Assembly (NCBI GenBank): GCA_050951325.1
Contig: JBMNIW010000003.1
Span: 320,001 to 384,000 of the forward strand
DNA length: 64,000 nucleotides
DNA from: Clostridia bacterium
Lineage (GTDB): Bacteria > Bacillota > Clostridia > UBA1212 > DUPL01
Direction: 5' to 3'
Shown here: positions 8,613 through 19,848 of the stretch, piece by piece
How positions within the stretch are numbered: position 1 is the first letter of the stretch
Layout of the letters: each line of letters opens with the position of its first letter
The notes under the pieces: generated by a model
Told to the model about the DNA's origin: nothing
The model's database searches: none
Seen by the model: only the letters and a program-made list of their open reading frames with translations
Position numbers and translations under genes: made by a program

Positions 8613-11567
8613 TTAATTCCTCTTTATCTCTTCCATTACAAAGCTTTCTACAATATCGCCAACTTTTATATCATTGTACTTCTCTATGGAAAGACCGCAT
8701 TCGTAACCTTGAACAACCTCTCGAACGTCATCCTTGAATCTCTTCAGTGATGCAAGAGAGCCTTCATGTATTACAATGCCTTCCCTTACAATCCTAACAC
8801 CTGAGTTCCTTGTAATCTTGCCCTGGATTACATATCCGCCTGCTATTGTACCAATGCCGGATACCTTGAAGATTTGCCTTACTTCAACCATTCCCTGTAC
8901 TACTTCCTTGTACTCGGGATCAAGCATACCCTTCATTGCAGTCTCGATATCCTCAATAGCGTCGTATATAACCCTGTAGAGACGGATATCAACACCAACG
9001 GATTCAGCATGGTCTGCCACATTTGGAGCTGGCCTTACGTTAAAACCAATAATTACGGCGTTTGATACTTCCGCCAAATTAACGTCGGAGTCGTTAACAG
9101 CACCAACAGCTCCATGGATAATGTTTATTCTTACCTCTTCATTACTGAGTTTCTCCAAGGACTGCTTGATGGCTTCCACGCTACCCTGTACGTCCGCCTT
9201 TACAATTACATTAAGATCCTTAATCTCGCCAGCCTGTATCTGCTCATACAGAGCATCCAAAGACACCCTGGAGCTTTGTCTAAGCTGCTTTTCCCTGAGT
9301 TCGCTCTTTCGTTTTTCAGTATAATGTTTCGCAAGCTGCTCGTCTTTTACTGCGTAGAAGAATTCACCTGCTTCAGGAACTTCGGGCAGACCTGTAATCT
9401 CAACAGGCGTTGATGGTCCCGCCTTCTTGAGAGGCTGACCTTTTTCGTCCGTCATGGTTCTGATTCTTCCGAAGGTAGTACCAGCAATTATGGAATCTCC
9501 AGGTTTCAAAGTACCTCTCTGCACCAGAAGTGTGGCAACAGGACCTCTATTCTTGTCAAGCTTCGCTTCAATAACAGTACCTTTTGGCTGGGAATTCGGA
9601 TTCGCCTTGAGTTCCATCAAGTCCGCTGTCAGAAGTACTGTCTCAAGCAGCTCATCAATATTCTGACCGAGTTTTGCAGAAACATTTACAAACGGCACGT
9701 CTCCTCCCCATTCATCGGAAACAACTCCATGCTCAGTAAGCTGCTGCTTTATTCTTTCCGGCTCAGCACCTACCTTGTCAATTTTATTGACTGCCACCAC
9801 CATTTGAACATTTGCGGCCTTGGCATGATTGATTGCCTCAATCGTCTGTGGCATCACGCCGTCATCCGCAGCCACAACCAAAATGGCAACGTCGGTTACC
9901 TGGGCACCTCTTGCTCTCATGGAGGTGAAGGCCTCGTGACCTGGTGTATCCAGGAATGTTATATGTCTTCCCTTTATCTTTACCATGTAAGCACCAATGT
10001 GCTGTGTAATACCACCTGCCTCCTTGTCCGTTACGCTGGTCTTGCGTATAGCGTCCAAAAGGGAGGTCTTTCCATGGTCGACGTGACCCATGACAACAAC
10101 CACCGGCGGACGAGCCTCCATACCTTCATCGTCTTCAGTGTCGTCAAACAGGATGTCTTCTGCAGTAACGGTAATTTCCTTTATTGCGTTTATTCCAAAC
10201 TCGGCAGCAACAATGGCAGCTGTATCAAAATCTATCTCCTGATTCAGATTTGCCATCACACCCATCAGCATCAGTTTTTTAATAACTTCAGCTCCGGTTT
10301 TCTTTATAGCTGCAGCAAAATCCTTAACAGTCATAAATTCAGGAAGCTTTACTTCTGTAAGCTGAGCAACAACTTGCTGCTGTTTCTGCTCCTGACCAGC
10401 CGACCTTCTGTTCTTTGCCTTCTTCTTTCTGCTTCCTCTGAAGGTTTCAGCTTCATCAAAATTATCAGCCCCCCTGAACTTTTCTCTGTGAGGTTTGGGC
10501 TGCGCCTTCTTGATCTCTTTTCTGGCCTGAGTGTCCACTACTTTGCCAGACTTTGTTTTTTTGCTTTCAGGTTTGACTACAGGTGGAGCATCAACAACGA
10601 TTTCCTTTTTGGCTTCAACCTTTGGTTCAACTTTAGGCTCGGCTTTGCGCTCTGCCTTTTGCTTCTTTTCAACAGGTTTCTCAGGCTTTTCTTCCTTTTT
10701 AGCAACTTTCTTAACTTCAGGTACAGGCTCCGGAGTTTTCTCCTCTACCTTTTCCTGAACTATAATTACTTCCGTCTTATCTACGACAGGCTCTTTCTCT
10801 TCCTTCTTCACTTCTTTTTTCGCAGTCTCAACCTTGACTTCCTTCTTCTTTTCTTCTTTCTTTTCAGCCTTCTTCTCTTCCTTTTCAGCTGCAGGCTTTG
10901 CAACAACTACATCTATCTTTTCCACTTCCGGAGTCTTTATGGTTGCACCCTTTTCCTGAGTTTTTTCTATTGCAGTACTTCCTTCCTGTTGTTTTCTCTT
11001 ATTTTTGCTTATCCTCTTGACCTTTGGCGCACTGGGTGCAGCCGCTGTCTGACTAGCAATTGTATGTTCTGCCTGTTTCTCCTCATTCTGAGCAGGCTCA
11101 TCCTTCTTTGCATCAGTATCCTGCAGCAAATATTCCAAATCGTCTTTTCCTCTTACTTCAAAACCTTGTCTCAAATCGGATGCGGCTACATTTCTGGTTC
11201 TTTTTCCACCCTTGCGCTTACTGCGCTTTTCATTGTCGTGGGATGTGGTGCTATTATCCCTTACGGTCTCTGAATCCGAATCAACAATGATGCGCCTCAG
11301 AATAACACCTTTTGTAGAGGAACTTGGAGACACCTGGGTAATCAACCTTTTCCCGTCCTTGCCTTCCTCAACTTCCTTATTAGTCGATTTGGCAGAATCG
11401 GGTTGATACCCCACATGTTCATAAAACCTTTGGAGCTCTTCACCTTCCAAATAGCTCATATGGCTCTTTGGATAAATATCTATCTCACTAAGTTTCTCCA
11501 TTATCCTTGCACTTGTCGTTTTCATCTGCTTTGCCAAATCGCAGACCTTAATCTTGTTATTGTCCAA
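8613..11567 (-). CDS. infB: Translation initiation factor IF-2
   Basis: [41 protein letters not shown]. Probable start is TTG 11567 after SD GGAGGTG (ORF track extends to 11633). Confidence 0.98.
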   Translation of the reverse strand: MDNNKIKVCDLAKQMKTTSARIMEKLSEIDIYPKSHMSYLEGEELQRFYEHVGYQPDSAKSTNKEVEEGKDGKRLITQVSPSSSTKGVILRRIIVDSDSETVRDNSTTSHDNEKRSKRKGGKRTRNVAASDLRQGFEVRGKDDLEYLLQDTDAKKDEPAQNEEKQAEHTIASQTAAAPSAPKVKRISKNKRKQQEGSTAIEKTQEKGATIKTPEVEKIDVVVAKPAAEKEEKKAEKKEEKKKEVKVETAKKEVKKEEKEPVVDKTEVIIVQEKVEEKTPEPVPEVKKVAKKEEKPEKPVEKKQKAERKAEPKVEPKVEAKKEIVVDAPPVVKPESKKTKSGKVVDTQARKEIKKAQPKPHREKFRGADNFDEAETFRGSRKKKAKNRRSAGQEQKQQQVVAQLTEVKLPEFMTVKDFAAAIKKTGAEVIKKLMLMGVMANLNQEIDFDTAAIVAAEFGINAIKEITVTAEDILFDDTEDDEGMEARPPVVVVMGHVDHGKTSLLDAIRKTSVTDKEAGGITQHIGAYMVKIKGRHITFLDTPGHEAFTSMRARGAQVTDVAILVVAADDGVMPQTIEAINHAKAANVQMVVAVNKIDKVGAEPERIKQQLTEHGVVSDEWGGDVPFVNVSAKLGQNIDELLETVLLTADLMELKANPNSQPKGTVIEAKLDKNRGPVATLLVQRGTLKPGDSIIAGTTFGRIRTMTDEKGQPLKKAGPSTPVEITGLPEVPEAGEFFYAVKDEQLAKHYTEKRKSELREKQLRQSSRVSLDALYEQIQAGEIKDLNVIVKADVQGSVEAIKQSLEKLSNEEVRINIIHGAVGAVNDSDVNLAEVSNAVIIGFNVRPAPNVADHAESVGVDIRLYRVIYDAIEDIETAMKGMLDPEYKEVVQGMVEVRQIFKVSGIGTIAGGYVIQGKITRNSGVRIVREGIVIHEGSLASLKRFKDDVREVVQGYECGLSIEKYNDIKVGDIVESFVMEEIKRN

Positions 11568-11865
11568 TAGCTCCACCTCCGTGTTTTTCAATATATTCCT
11601 TAATCTCTTCCACAAGCCTGTCATAAACTTCATTATCTATATGCACCTTAAATTCCTTTTCCAACTTGCGAGCCTTTCGCATCATATCAACGCAATCAAG
11701 ATTCGGGCAGGTGTACGCACCCCGACCATTTTTACGTCCCGTAGGATCAAAGTGCATGTTACCTTCCTTGTCCCTAACTATCCTGTACAACTCTCTCTTT
11801 GGTTTTGACACATTGCAACCGATGCACTTACGCATCGGCACTTTTTTCATTTTCATAATCTCCAA
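11557..11865 (-). CDS. ylxR: YlxR family RNA-binding protein (RNase P modulator)
   Basis: [28 protein letters not shown]. Confidence 0.95.
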   Translation of the reverse strand: MEIMKMKKVPMRKCIGCNVSKPKRELYRIVRDKEGNMHFDPTGRKNGRGAYTCPNLDCVDMMRKARKLEKEFKVHIDNEVYDRLVEEIKEYIEKHGGGAIGQ

Positions 11866-11906
11866 GCACCCCTATCCTGATTTAATGTACACAAGCGAAA
11901 AGTAAT

Positions 11907-13115
11907 TTACTGCATATCCGTCTCCTCGCCGCTCATTTCATCATTTCCATCATCGCCTGAAAGGGTAATAACCTGTGCTCCTTCATCATCCGAACTGTAG
12001 TCGATATATTCATCGTCGCTTGGTGAACCGGCAAAGAGTTCCTCTTCGATAGTAGCCCTTATCTGAGACTCGCTCTTTATGTCAATTTTCCATCCTGTCA
12101 GCTTTGCAGCAAGTCTCACATTCTGACCTTCCTTGCCAATTGCCAATGACAGCTGATTGTCCGGCACTATAACTGTCGCTGTTTTTTCACTCTCGTCAGC
12201 AAATACCTTGATTACTTTTGCAGGACTCAGACTATTTGCAATCAGCTCATCAGGAGTCGCACTCCATTTAATAATATCTATTCTCTCGCCCTTCAGCTCG
12301 TCACAGATTACCTGGACTCTTGTCCCCTTCTGACCAACACATGCGCCAATGGGCTCCACATTCTCGTCATGGGAATATACGGATATCTTGGTTCTTGAAC
12401 CGGGTTCCCTGGCAATATTTTTGATTTCAACAATACCTTCCTGTATCTCTGGCACCTCCAGCTCAAACAGGCGCTTTACAAGGCCTGGGTGAGTTCTGGA
12501 TATTAAAATTACAGGATCCTTGTTGGTCTTCTTTACTTCAAGGACATAAGCTTTTATCCTCTCATGCATATGGTAGTTCTCACCATCCACCTGCTCTGAT
12601 TGCAAAAGTTTTGCCTCGATTTTACCCAGTTCCACATATATTGTTTTTTCTCCTCGGTTATTCCTCTCAATTCTCTGTACTGTACCGCTGATAATATCCT
12701 TCTCTTTAGTCTTGTACAATTCATACAACTGATTTCTTTCTTCCTCGCGTATTTTCTGTATGATAATTTGCTTGGCTTTCTGAGCAGCAAGCCTGCCAAA
12801 GTTCCTGGTTGTTATCTCAAACTCAGCCACATCGTCAACCTCAAATTCCGGATCCATCTTTCTTGCTTCCTCAAGGGAAAGTTCAGTTGCAGGATCAGTA
12901 ACCTCGTCCACGACAACCTTTCTCTCATAGCACCTTATTTCGCCTGTTTCACGGTTGAATTCAACTCTAGTATTTCTTCCCTTAGGCATTCCAGGCTCCG
13001 ATGCTCTGCTAATGGAGGTATTTAAAGCATCCTCTATAGCTTTAATAATGATCTCCTTATCAATTCCTTTGTCTTTTTCAAGTTCATTCAACGCATACAG
13101 CAATTCAGCACTCAT
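11907..13115 (-). CDS. nusA: Transcription termination factor NusA
   Basis: FGRLAAQKAKQ, AREPGSRTKI, GACVG, QLSLAIGKEGQNVRLAAKLTGWKIDI. Confidence 0.98.
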   Translation of the reverse strand: MSAELLYALNELEKDKGIDKEIIIKAIEDALNTSISRASEPGMPKGRNTRVEFNRETGEIRCYERKVVVDEVTDPATELSLEEARKMDPEFEVDDVAEFEITTRNFGRLAAQKAKQIIIQKIREEERNQLYELYKTKEKDIISGTVQRIERNNRGEKTIYVELGKIEAKLLQSEQVDGENYHMHERIKAYVLEVKKTNKDPVILISRTHPGLVKRLFELEVPEIQEGIVEIKNIAREPGSRTKISVYSHDENVEPIGACVGQKGTRVQVICDELKGERIDIIKWSATPDELIANSLSPAKVIKVFADESEKTATVIVPDNQLSLAIGKEGQNVRLAAKLTGWKIDIKSESQIRATIEEELFAGSPSDDEYIDYSSDDEGAQVITLSGDDGNDEMSGEETDMQ

Positions 13116-13134
13116 TTACTTAACTCCCTTCAAC

Positions 13135-13596
13135 TCAATCAAATTTAATTGCTCTTTTTACTTTGGAAACATTTTTCATGTCAAACTCCAGCACGTTTGA
13201 CTTCTCATCTGTGATTTTCAACACGTCTCCGTAAAGTCCGTCAAGATAACCTTCATATGTCTTTCTACCTTCCACCTGCGTGTATAACCTGACCTCAACC
13301 AAATGACCTTCATATCGCTTGAAGTCCTTTTCCGTCTTCAGCGGCCTGTCAATACCAGGTGAAGATACTTCAAACACATATGATTCCTGTATTGGGTCAA
13401 GTTCGTCGATCATAGGGCCGATTGCCTTGGCAACCATTTCACAGTCGTCAATCGTCACTCCGCCCCTTTTGTCGATATATACCCTCAGGTATTTTCTAGA
13501 ACCTTCCTTTACATATTCTACATCAATCAAATCTATGTTCATTTTCTCAATTTCAGACTCAACTAGATTTTTAACTGTTGCTGCAATTTTCGACAT
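13135..13596 (-). CDS. rimP: Ribosome maturation factor RimP
   Basis: LRVYIDK, VTIDDC, EVSSPGIDRPL. Start is ATG 13596 (or GTG 13605). Confidence 0.97.
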   Translation of the reverse strand: MSKIAATVKNLVESEIEKMNIDLIDVEYVKEGSRKYLRVYIDKRGGVTIDDCEMVAKAIGPMIDELDPIQESYVFEVSSPGIDRPLKTEKDFKRYEGHLVEVRLYTQVEGRKTYEGYLDGLYGDVLKITDEKSNVLEFDMKNVSKVKRAIKFD

Positions 13597-13624
13597 CTTA
13601 CGCACCTACTTTAAAATTTAAAAT

Positions 13625-13650
13625 GAAAGAGTGGGACCTCCCACTCTTTC
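13625..13650 (-). promoter_or_regulatory. rimP-leader hairpin (attenuator-like)
   Basis: Perfect stem GAAAGAGTGGG-AGGT-CCCACTCTTTC followed by ATTTT, in the 5' UTR between a sigma-A promoter and rimP. Confidence 0.75.
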
Positions 13651-13682
13651 GTCACTGTTGATATAGCAACTATACAACTAGT

Positions 13683-13711
13683 ATTATACACATTGTATCA
13701 AATAAAGTCAA
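13683..13711 (-). promoter_or_regulatory. Sigma-A promoter of the rimP-nusA-infB operon
   Basis: TTGACT-17 bp-TATAAT on the minus strand. Confidence 0.8.
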
Positions 13712-13725
13712 TGATAATTTTGACG

Positions 13726-13983
13726 TCAGTTATACCGTTTTAAGAACCTTTCCTCAATATCAACAATAATTATATCTTCGCCTATCCTTTTTATTTTGCT
13801 AAACGGAATAACTAGCTCATTATCCTTTCCAAGTCCGCCAAAAAGCTTTGTGGTTCCGCCCACCACAATAGCTTCAATTCTGCCTGTCTCAAAACTGACA
13901 TCACAATCGCAGACATAACCAAGTCTTCTGCCATCGGATAAATTGATTACCTCTTTCTTTTGAAATGAGCTGACCCTGCCCAC
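13726..13983 (-). CDS. ylmC: YlmC/YmxH family PRC-barrel sporulation protein
   Basis: KEVINLSDGRRLGYVCD, IPFSKIKRIGEDIIIV; follows sigG. Start GTG after GGAGGG. Confidence 0.9.
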   Translation of the reverse strand: MGRVSSFQKKEVINLSDGRRLGYVCDCDVSFETGRIEAIVVGGTTKLFGGLGKDNELVIPFSKIKRIGEDIIIVDIEERFLKRYN

Positions 13984-14030
13984 AACAATCCCTCCGTATG
14001 CTTGAGGCACAACTCATCCTTTGGCTTTAC

Positions 14031-14807
14031 TCACACTACGTATTTCCTCATACTCTTCAATGCATTTTTTTCAAGCCTGGATACTTGTGCCTGACTTATT
14101 CCTATTTCCTCCGCAACCTCCATCTGGGTCCTGCCTTCGAAGAACCTCATATCGATTATGAGCCTTTCTCTTTTTCCAAGTCTGTCAAGCGCATTACTCA
14201 AAGTCATGTTCTGCTCCCAAACATGGTTGCTGACATTGTCATCCTTAATCTGATCCAGCACGCATATGGATTCCGTTCCATCCTGGAATATAGGATCATA
14301 CAAGGAGATTGTGTCCTGAATGGAATCCATCGCCATTACCAGTTCCTCTCTTGATATATCCATATCCTTCGCTATTTCAGATATGGTAGGTTCCCTGTTG
14401 CTCTCATTAAACAATCTTTCCCTTACATGCAGGGCCTTGTATGCGGTATCCCTTAACGACCTTGATACCCTTATCGCGTTATTATCCCTAAGATACCTGC
14501 GTATTTCCCCAATTATCATAGGTACCGCATACGTTGAGAACTGTACATTCTGCGTCACATCAAAATTATCTATAGCTTTAATCAGGCCGATACATCCGAC
14601 CTGGAACAAATCATCTACCTGTTCACCTTTGTTGTTGAAGCGCTGAATCACACTTAAAACTAGTCTGAGGTTACCTTTTATAAATTCTTCCCTTGCCTTT
14701 TCATCGCCTTGAAGAATCCTTTCGAAAAGTTCCTTCTTTTGCTGATTGCTCAAAATGGGAAGTTTTGACGTATTTACTCCACATATTTCAACCTTGTTAA
14801 TTATCAT
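14031..14807 (-). CDS. sigG: Forespore sigma factor SigG
   Basis: NKVEICGVNTSKLP, DDLFQVGCIGL, FSTYAVPMIIGEIRRYLRDN, TQMEVAEEIGISQAQVSRLEK. Start ATG 14807 after GGAGG. Confidence 0.98.
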   Translation of the reverse strand: MIINKVEICGVNTSKLPILSNQQKKELFERILQGDEKAREEFIKGNLRLVLSVIQRFNNKGEQVDDLFQVGCIGLIKAIDNFDVTQNVQFSTYAVPMIIGEIRRYLRDNNAIRVSRSLRDTAYKALHVRERLFNESNREPTISEIAKDMDISREELVMAMDSIQDTISLYDPIFQDGTESICVLDQIKDDNVSNHVWEQNMTLSNALDRLGKRERLIIDMRFFEGRTQMEVAEEIGISQAQVSRLEKNALKSMRKYVV

Positions 14808-14863
14808 GACGAACCTCCGAATACTTAGTTTGACACGGGAACATTTTTGCCCCTTCTTTTTTA

Positions 14864-14893
14864 GATTATTGCCATCGGAAGTTCTTTTAATAC
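14864..14893 (-). promoter_or_regulatory. Putative sigma-F-type promoter of sigG
   Basis: GTATT-15 bp-GGCAATAATC, close to the SigF consensus GYWTA-15-GGnnAnAnTA. Confidence 0.55.
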
Positions 14894-14933
14894 GGAAACT
14901 GATTGTTAAACATTTACTCAAAAAATTATGTAC

Positions 14934-15686
14934 TTATGACATTTTTAATATCTCTTTTCTAAGTCTGTTAATTATTCTTTTTTCCAGTCTGGAAATATAT
15001 GACTGAGAAATACCAAGCATGTCGGCAACCTCTTTCTGCGTTCTTTCCTCACCACCTGTAAGTCCAAATCTTAAATCCATAATCCTTTTTTCCCTGACAC
15101 TGAGTTTTTTAAGCGCTTCCTTCAAAAGCTGATGGTCCACTTCCTCGTCAATTTTCTTGTGTACACCCTCCACGTCACCAGGGAGAATATCAGACAATAA
15201 AAGCTCGTTTCCATCCCAGTCCACCTTCAAAGGTTCGTCAATCGATATCTCAAGTTTCTGTCTGTTGCTCCTTCTTAAATACATAAGTATCTCATTTTCT
15301 ATGCATCTTGACGCATAAGTTGCAAGTTTGATGTTTTTTTCAGGCGCAAACGTATTGATTGCCTTAATCAAACCGATCGTGCCTATTGAAACAAGATCCT
15401 CAATGTTCACATTTGTGTTCTCAAATTTTTTTGCAATGTATACCACAAGTCTGAGATTGTGCTCAATAAGTATGGTCCTTACATCCATGTCCTTGTCGTC
15501 GAAATGCGCCAGAAGATAGCTTTCCTCCTCGTTTGACAAAGGAGGCGGAAGCATATCCGGCCCTCCCACATAGAATATGGGCATAGAGCTGCCAAGTCCC
15601 AAAAAACGCCTTATCTTGTTTCTTATCACAAACAACCTGTACTTGATTACAAAACCTTTCACCTTAAGCTTGTTAAAGTCCATCAT
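14934..15686 (-). CDS. sigE: Mother-cell sigma factor pro-SigE
   Basis: Basic pro-sequence, [60 protein letters not shown]. Confidence 0.98.
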   Translation of the reverse strand: MMDFNKLKVKGFVIKYRLFVIRNKIRRFLGLGSSMPIFYVGGPDMLPPPLSNEEESYLLAHFDDKDMDVRTILIEHNLRLVVYIAKKFENTNVNIEDLVSIGTIGLIKAINTFAPEKNIKLATYASRCIENEILMYLRRSNRQKLEISIDEPLKVDWDGNELLLSDILPGDVEGVHKKIDEEVDHQLLKEALKKLSVREKRIMDLRFGLTGGEERTQKEVADMLGISQSYISRLEKRIINRLRKEILKMS

Positions 15687-15711
15687 GCCTATTCTCCCCC
15701 TCTTTTGTATA

Positions 15712-16614
15712 TCAGGCTACCAATTCCGGAGCCAAAAGCGCACTGTATTTGTTGTCTTCCGATAACTGTTTGTCATAAAGGCAAACAATCACATCCCTAA
15801 CATCTTTTTTCTCCTGCCCCAAGTCGTCAATCTCGATATAGTCGGGCTTGAACCCAGGCAGCATTCCATTTTCGCACCCTATGGAGCGGTAAGGCACAAT
15901 CCTGAACCTGCTTATCCAGCCCGATTCCAACAGAGATGAATCTACATGCCCAAGACCCAATCCCTGTTTTGACAATAACTCTCTTATTTTCTCAGGAATC
16001 AATGACGAAACCGCTTTAGCCTCCACTATTACCACGGGATATCCTGATATGGGATCTCTTAGCTCATTTCCGGTATCCACAAGGGCAGGAACCCAAACTC
16101 CGTTTCCGTCAATGGCAATGTACAAACTTACAAAACAATCGCTGGCTCTTGATCTTTCCCTTATGTATCTTATGAATCTCCCAAACAAAAACATGCCAAT
16201 GGCTGCAGTGGGGACTATGTAGTTAACAGGAAAATCCCAATTCAGATACATGAATCCTTCCTTTGTAACACCTCCCATGCCTCCAAGCATGATAAGCGCA
16301 AAGGCGCTGCCTGCGAATATGAAAGTGACGACATAGAATGTTATCAGCGTTTTTATGAATTCCCCAAGGCGTTTTGGATTGAAAGCTATGGCAACAATGA
16401 GCATGGACAAGGATGCCTTGCCAAGGACAACCAGCGAGGTTTTTGCAGAGCTCATAAACACAAGGCTCAGGACTGTATACAAGACACCTATTGAGGCCCC
16501 TACAAGATACCTTGGAATGTTGTGTTTTGATTTCAAAAAAAGCGAAGTTGCGTATAGTATAAGGTAGTTCATTATGAGGTTCTCAATAATGAGGATGTCA
16601 AGGTACACTTCCAT
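15712..16614 (-). CDS. spoIIGA: Sigma-E processing aspartic peptidase SpoIIGA
   Basis: MEVYLD N-terminus, five TM segments, [21 protein letters not shown]. Confidence 0.96.
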   Translation of the reverse strand: MEVYLDILIIENLIMNYLILYATSLFLKSKHNIPRYLVGASIGVLYTVLSLVFMSSAKTSLVVLGKASLSMLIVAIAFNPKRLGEFIKTLITFYVVTFIFAGSAFALIMLGGMGGVTKEGFMYLNWDFPVNYIVPTAAIGMFLFGRFIRYIRERSRASDCFVSLYIAIDGNGVWVPALVDTGNELRDPISGYPVVIVEAKAVSSLIPEKIRELLSKQGLGLGHVDSSLLESGWISRFRIVPYRSIGCENGMLPGFKPDYIEIDDLGQEKKDVRDVIVCLYDKQLSEDNKYSALLAPELVA

Positions 16615-16655
16615 CCAAAACACCTCCTGTCATATATTATTCTGATTGTGGATAC

Positions 16656-16689
16656 ATTATACCTGTTTGAATTGTCGAAAATAGACGAG
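16656..16689 (-). promoter_or_regulatory. spoIIG promoter region with Spo0A boxes
   Basis: Perfect TGTCGAA at 16673-16679 (plus strand), a degenerate AGACGAG 10 bp away, and a minus-strand TATAAT at 16656-16661. Confidence 0.6.
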
Positions 16690-16701
16690 TTTTTTCGCAT
16701 A

Positions 16702-16733
16702 TAAAAAAAACAGTGTGAATAAATATCACACTG
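16702..16733 (-). terminator. Rho-independent terminator after ftsZ
   Basis: CAGTGTGA-loop-TCACACTG followed by T8 on the minus strand. Confidence 0.75.
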
Positions 16734-16808
16734 CATTTATGCCAATTGGGTATTAAAAGAAGGCTTTAATCAACCCTCTTTGGGAAATATTTCTAACGGA
16801 CACAATAA

Positions 16809-17972
16809 TTATCTTCTTGACTTGCGCAAGAATGGAGGAACCTCGTAGTCATCATCCAAGGATCTTCTTGGAGTCTGTCTTTGCTGCGATGGATTGGATG
16901 CAAAGCTCTCTTTTGCTTGAGAGCCTGCAAGTCCGCTATCAGCGCTGCCAAAGCTTGAATAGCTTGGAGTTTTTGCTTGCTGTGGTGGCAGAATCTCCTC
17001 AGGCATGGTATCTTCAATCTCGTCGAAACCTGCTGCAATAACAGTAACCTGCATCTCGTCATTCATTTCTTCGCCTGCGTCATATGTTCCTATGATTATC
17101 TGTGCGTCAAGATCAACCTTTTCATATACAACATTTGAGATATTCGCCATCTCCTGCATATTCAGTTTGTCTCCGTAGAAGTTAATTAATACAGCTTTTG
17201 CTCCATCTATGCTTGTTTCAAGCAGAGGATTCTGTATTGCTCTAAGCAAAGCTTCTTCGCTTCTGTTCTTTCCGGAAGCGCGTCCCACACCCATATGGAC
17301 AATACCACGGTTTGACATGGTTGCCTTTACGTCTGCAAAGTCCACGTTTACATAACCAACTTTTGTGATTATGTCGCATATTCCCCTTACAGACTGGTAA
17401 AGGATGTCGTCAACCAGTTTGAAGGCATTGTCTATAGTGACTTTCTCATCCACAACCTTCAGAATGTTGTCATTAGGAATCACAACCAGTGAGTCAACGC
17501 ACTCCTTAAGCTTTTCAATACCCATTAGGGCATTTTGCATTTTTCTACGACCTTCAAAAGAAAATGGTTTTGTCACAACACCAACTGTCAGAATTCCCAT
17601 TTCCTTCGCAATGGACGCTACAACCGGAGCAGCACCGGTACCGGTACCTCCGCCCATTCCCGCTGTAATGAATATCATGTCCACGCCTTTCAAACATGCA
17701 ACAATGTCATCATGGCTTTCATTTGCCGCCTTTTCTCCTATCTCAGGATTTGCTCCGGCACCAAGACCTCTTGTAAGTTTTTCACCAAGCTGGATTTTTA
17801 TTTTCGTTTTGGATTTCAGGAGCACATGCTTGTCCGTATTCATGCAAACAAAATCGACATTGGTCATATCCGAACTGGACATCCTGTCAACGGCGTTGTT
17901 TCCTCCCCCACCTATTCCAATAACCATTAATTTTGCGTCCTTACCTTCTTCGCTATCGTATTCTATACCCAA
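16809..17972 (-). CDS. ftsZ: Cell division protein FtsZ
   Basis: [26 protein letters not shown]-terminal EVPPFLRK. Confidence 0.99.
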   Translation of the reverse strand: MGIEYDSEEGKDAKLMVIGIGGGGNNAVDRMSSSDMTNVDFVCMNTDKHVLLKSKTKIKIQLGEKLTRGLGAGANPEIGEKAANESHDDIVACLKGVDMIFITAGMGGGTGTGAAPVVASIAKEMGILTVGVVTKPFSFEGRRKMQNALMGIEKLKECVDSLVVIPNDNILKVVDEKVTIDNAFKLVDDILYQSVRGICDIITKVGYVNVDFADVKATMSNRGIVHMGVGRASGKNRSEEALLRAIQNPLLETSIDGAKAVLINFYGDKLNMQEMANISNVVYEKVDLDAQIIIGTYDAGEEMNDEMQVTVIAAGFDEIEDTMPEEILPPQQAKTPSYSSFGSADSGLAGSQAKESFASNPSQQRQTPRRSLDDDYEVPPFLRKSRR

Positions 17973-18031
17973 GATGTTTACCCCCTTATTTATCTCTGTT
18001 TAGGTAACAGAGATATTATATCATATTATTA

Positions 18032-19300
18032 TCATTCTTTGAAACTGGAAGCCCAGTCTTTTAACTTGTCCATAAACTTCGCAAAGCCGCTTTTTTCCTT
18101 GCTCTTTACAGCGGTTACATTTTCCTTGAGAAATACTCTCTCAAAGACCGATTCCTTTCTTCCCAAAGGAAGCTGCATTGCAATGTACATTAGCATTCCG
18201 CTTGCATTTGTGAAAACACTCTTCATGCCTGTCAACCTACTGAAATCAATAGGTGCAAACTTTGTTTCAAATATGCTTTCACTCACTTTGTCGACGCCTT
18301 TAAACTTTGTTATGCCGTCTCCTGTCAGTATTACCCTGTCAATATATTGTGTTTCCACATCCTCTTCCTCAAGCCTGTCCTTGACAATTTCAAAAATATT
18401 CTCAATTCTGGCCTGCATTACTTCCACAATTTGTGCAACTTTCAATATTTCCTGGGTGCCGGATTCCAGTGAAAATATTGCGACATCTATATTATTAGAC
18501 AAAACTTCCAAAGTTGCAAGAGGGTAATCTTTTTTTATTGTTTCGGCTTCACTTAGAGATATTTTGAAAACCTGCGCCAAATCATTCGTGATGCTGTCTC
18601 CACCAACAGGTACAGCTCCGAATAAAAACGGTTTTCCCTTGTAGTAAATGACGTATTCAGTAACCTGCCCACCTACGTCTACCAATAGAGTGCTTTGTTC
18701 TTCCTCATCTACTTCAGACTCGGACAACAGCTCTCCCATGGCCATAAAAAATGGAACATAACCATCCACCTGAAGACCAGCATTGTTAACACAGGCAGTG
18801 AGTTTTTCAATATATTCCTTTGAACCAAGAACAACTTTTGCCTCTACACTTAATTTGTTTCCCACAAGTCCCAATGGGTCGTTTTCAGGCTTTCCATCTA
18901 CATAATATGTTAACGGGATGATATCGACGAGCAGCTCATCATCGTAAATTTCCACACTTGCGGTTTTGTCAAGAACCTGTCCAACATGAGCAGATGTAAT
19001 ATCGCCTTCATTATCTGAAATATCTATTGAGTCTGAATTACTTAGGAATTTAAGACAATCACCTGAAATACTTATATATGCGGTTTTAATAATTATTCCT
19101 GTTTGATCCCTGATTTTCTTCAACGCTGATTTAATTGAATCAGTAAGTAGACTTTCATCTTCGATTTCAAACTTTTTTCTTGCGTTTGACGAAACTTGGG
19201 ATTTTGCAATTATATGTGGTATTCCTGTTTCATTAATTTTGGCAACAAGTATTCTTATGCCTGTGGTACCAATATCTATGACAGCTACTTGCTTGCTCAT
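18032..19300 (-). CDS. ftsA: Cell division protein FtsA
   Basis: IDIGT, VDVGG, VGGDSITNDLA, EAETIKK, VILTGDG; directly upstream of ftsZ. Confidence 0.93.
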   Translation of the reverse strand: MSKQVAVIDIGTTGIRILVAKINETGIPHIIAKSQVSSNARKKFEIEDESLLTDSIKSALKKIRDQTGIIIKTAYISISGDCLKFLSNSDSIDISDNEGDITSAHVGQVLDKTASVEIYDDELLVDIIPLTYYVDGKPENDPLGLVGNKLSVEAKVVLGSKEYIEKLTACVNNAGLQVDGYVPFFMAMGELLSESEVDEEEQSTLLVDVGGQVTEYVIYYKGKPFLFGAVPVGGDSITNDLAQVFKISLSEAETIKKDYPLATLEVLSNNIDVAIFSLESGTQEILKVAQIVEVMQARIENIFEIVKDRLEEEDVETQYIDRVILTGDGITKFKGVDKVSESIFETKFAPIDFSRLTGMKSVFTNASGMLMYIAMQLPLGRKESVFERVFLKENVTAVKSKEKSGFAKFMDKLKDWASSFKE

Positions 19301-19426
19301 CGTATCAACACTCCTTAACAATCACAACAATTATAACCTGTATTGGAAGAGACAGTTTACGACAATTGAATGCTCAGCGATAATTATACATAATTTAAAC
19401 ACTTTTTTCAACAATCAATACAACTA

Positions 19427-19771
19427 TTATTTGCCTTTTTTCGTATATTTATCTAATGTCAGCCTCCTTATTGTGGCAAAGTTGTCAAACAACCTGTTTC
19501 CGAATGCAAAAATTGCAGCCATGTATAAAGGAAGTCCCATCTGATCACCTATATATGCAAGGGCCATTGCCAGAAGAGAGTTGCCAAAGAAGCCTGACAA
19601 AAACACCTTGATATTGAACCTGCCCTGCAGCACCGCAACAACCCCCCCAAATACAGTATCGAATACTGCCAGAATACCTACTGCTACGTATGTTGAATAT
19701 TCAGACGGTATGCTGAACGGCATGAGTATTCCAATTATAAGGCCCAATATAAGTCCTAAGATCGGTATCAT
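19427..19771 (-). CDS. sbp: Small basic protein Sbp (DUF1290)
   Basis: DTVFGG, FLSGFFGNSLLA, YMAAIFAFGNRLFDNFATIRR. Confidence 0.92.
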   Translation of the reverse strand: MIPILGLILGLIIGILMPFSIPSEYSTYVAVGILAVFDTVFGGVVAVLQGRFNIKVFLSGFFGNSLLAMALAYIGDQMGLPLYMAAIFAFGNRLFDNFATIRRLTLDKYTKKGK

Positions 19772-19848
19772 TTTTTCTCCTCTCATCCCATGGAAAATAT
19801 ATATTTTCTTTATTATACAGAATTATATAAATAAAATAAACCCCTTTT

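Noticed and set aside
9729-11273. 514-aa plus-strand ORF
   Set aside because: Antisense shadow of the K/E-rich infB region (F/L-rich translation); no SD or recognisable motif.
14108-14118. CCTCCGCAACC match to the tRNA-fMet 3' end (possible att site)
   Set aside because: An 11-bp match inside the conserved sigG HTH coding region, in the opposite orientation; coincidental.
14808-14921. N-terminal extension of SigG in the ORF track
   Set aside because: The conserved SigG N-terminus and a GGAGG SD place the start at 14807; the extension overlaps the putative SigF promoter.
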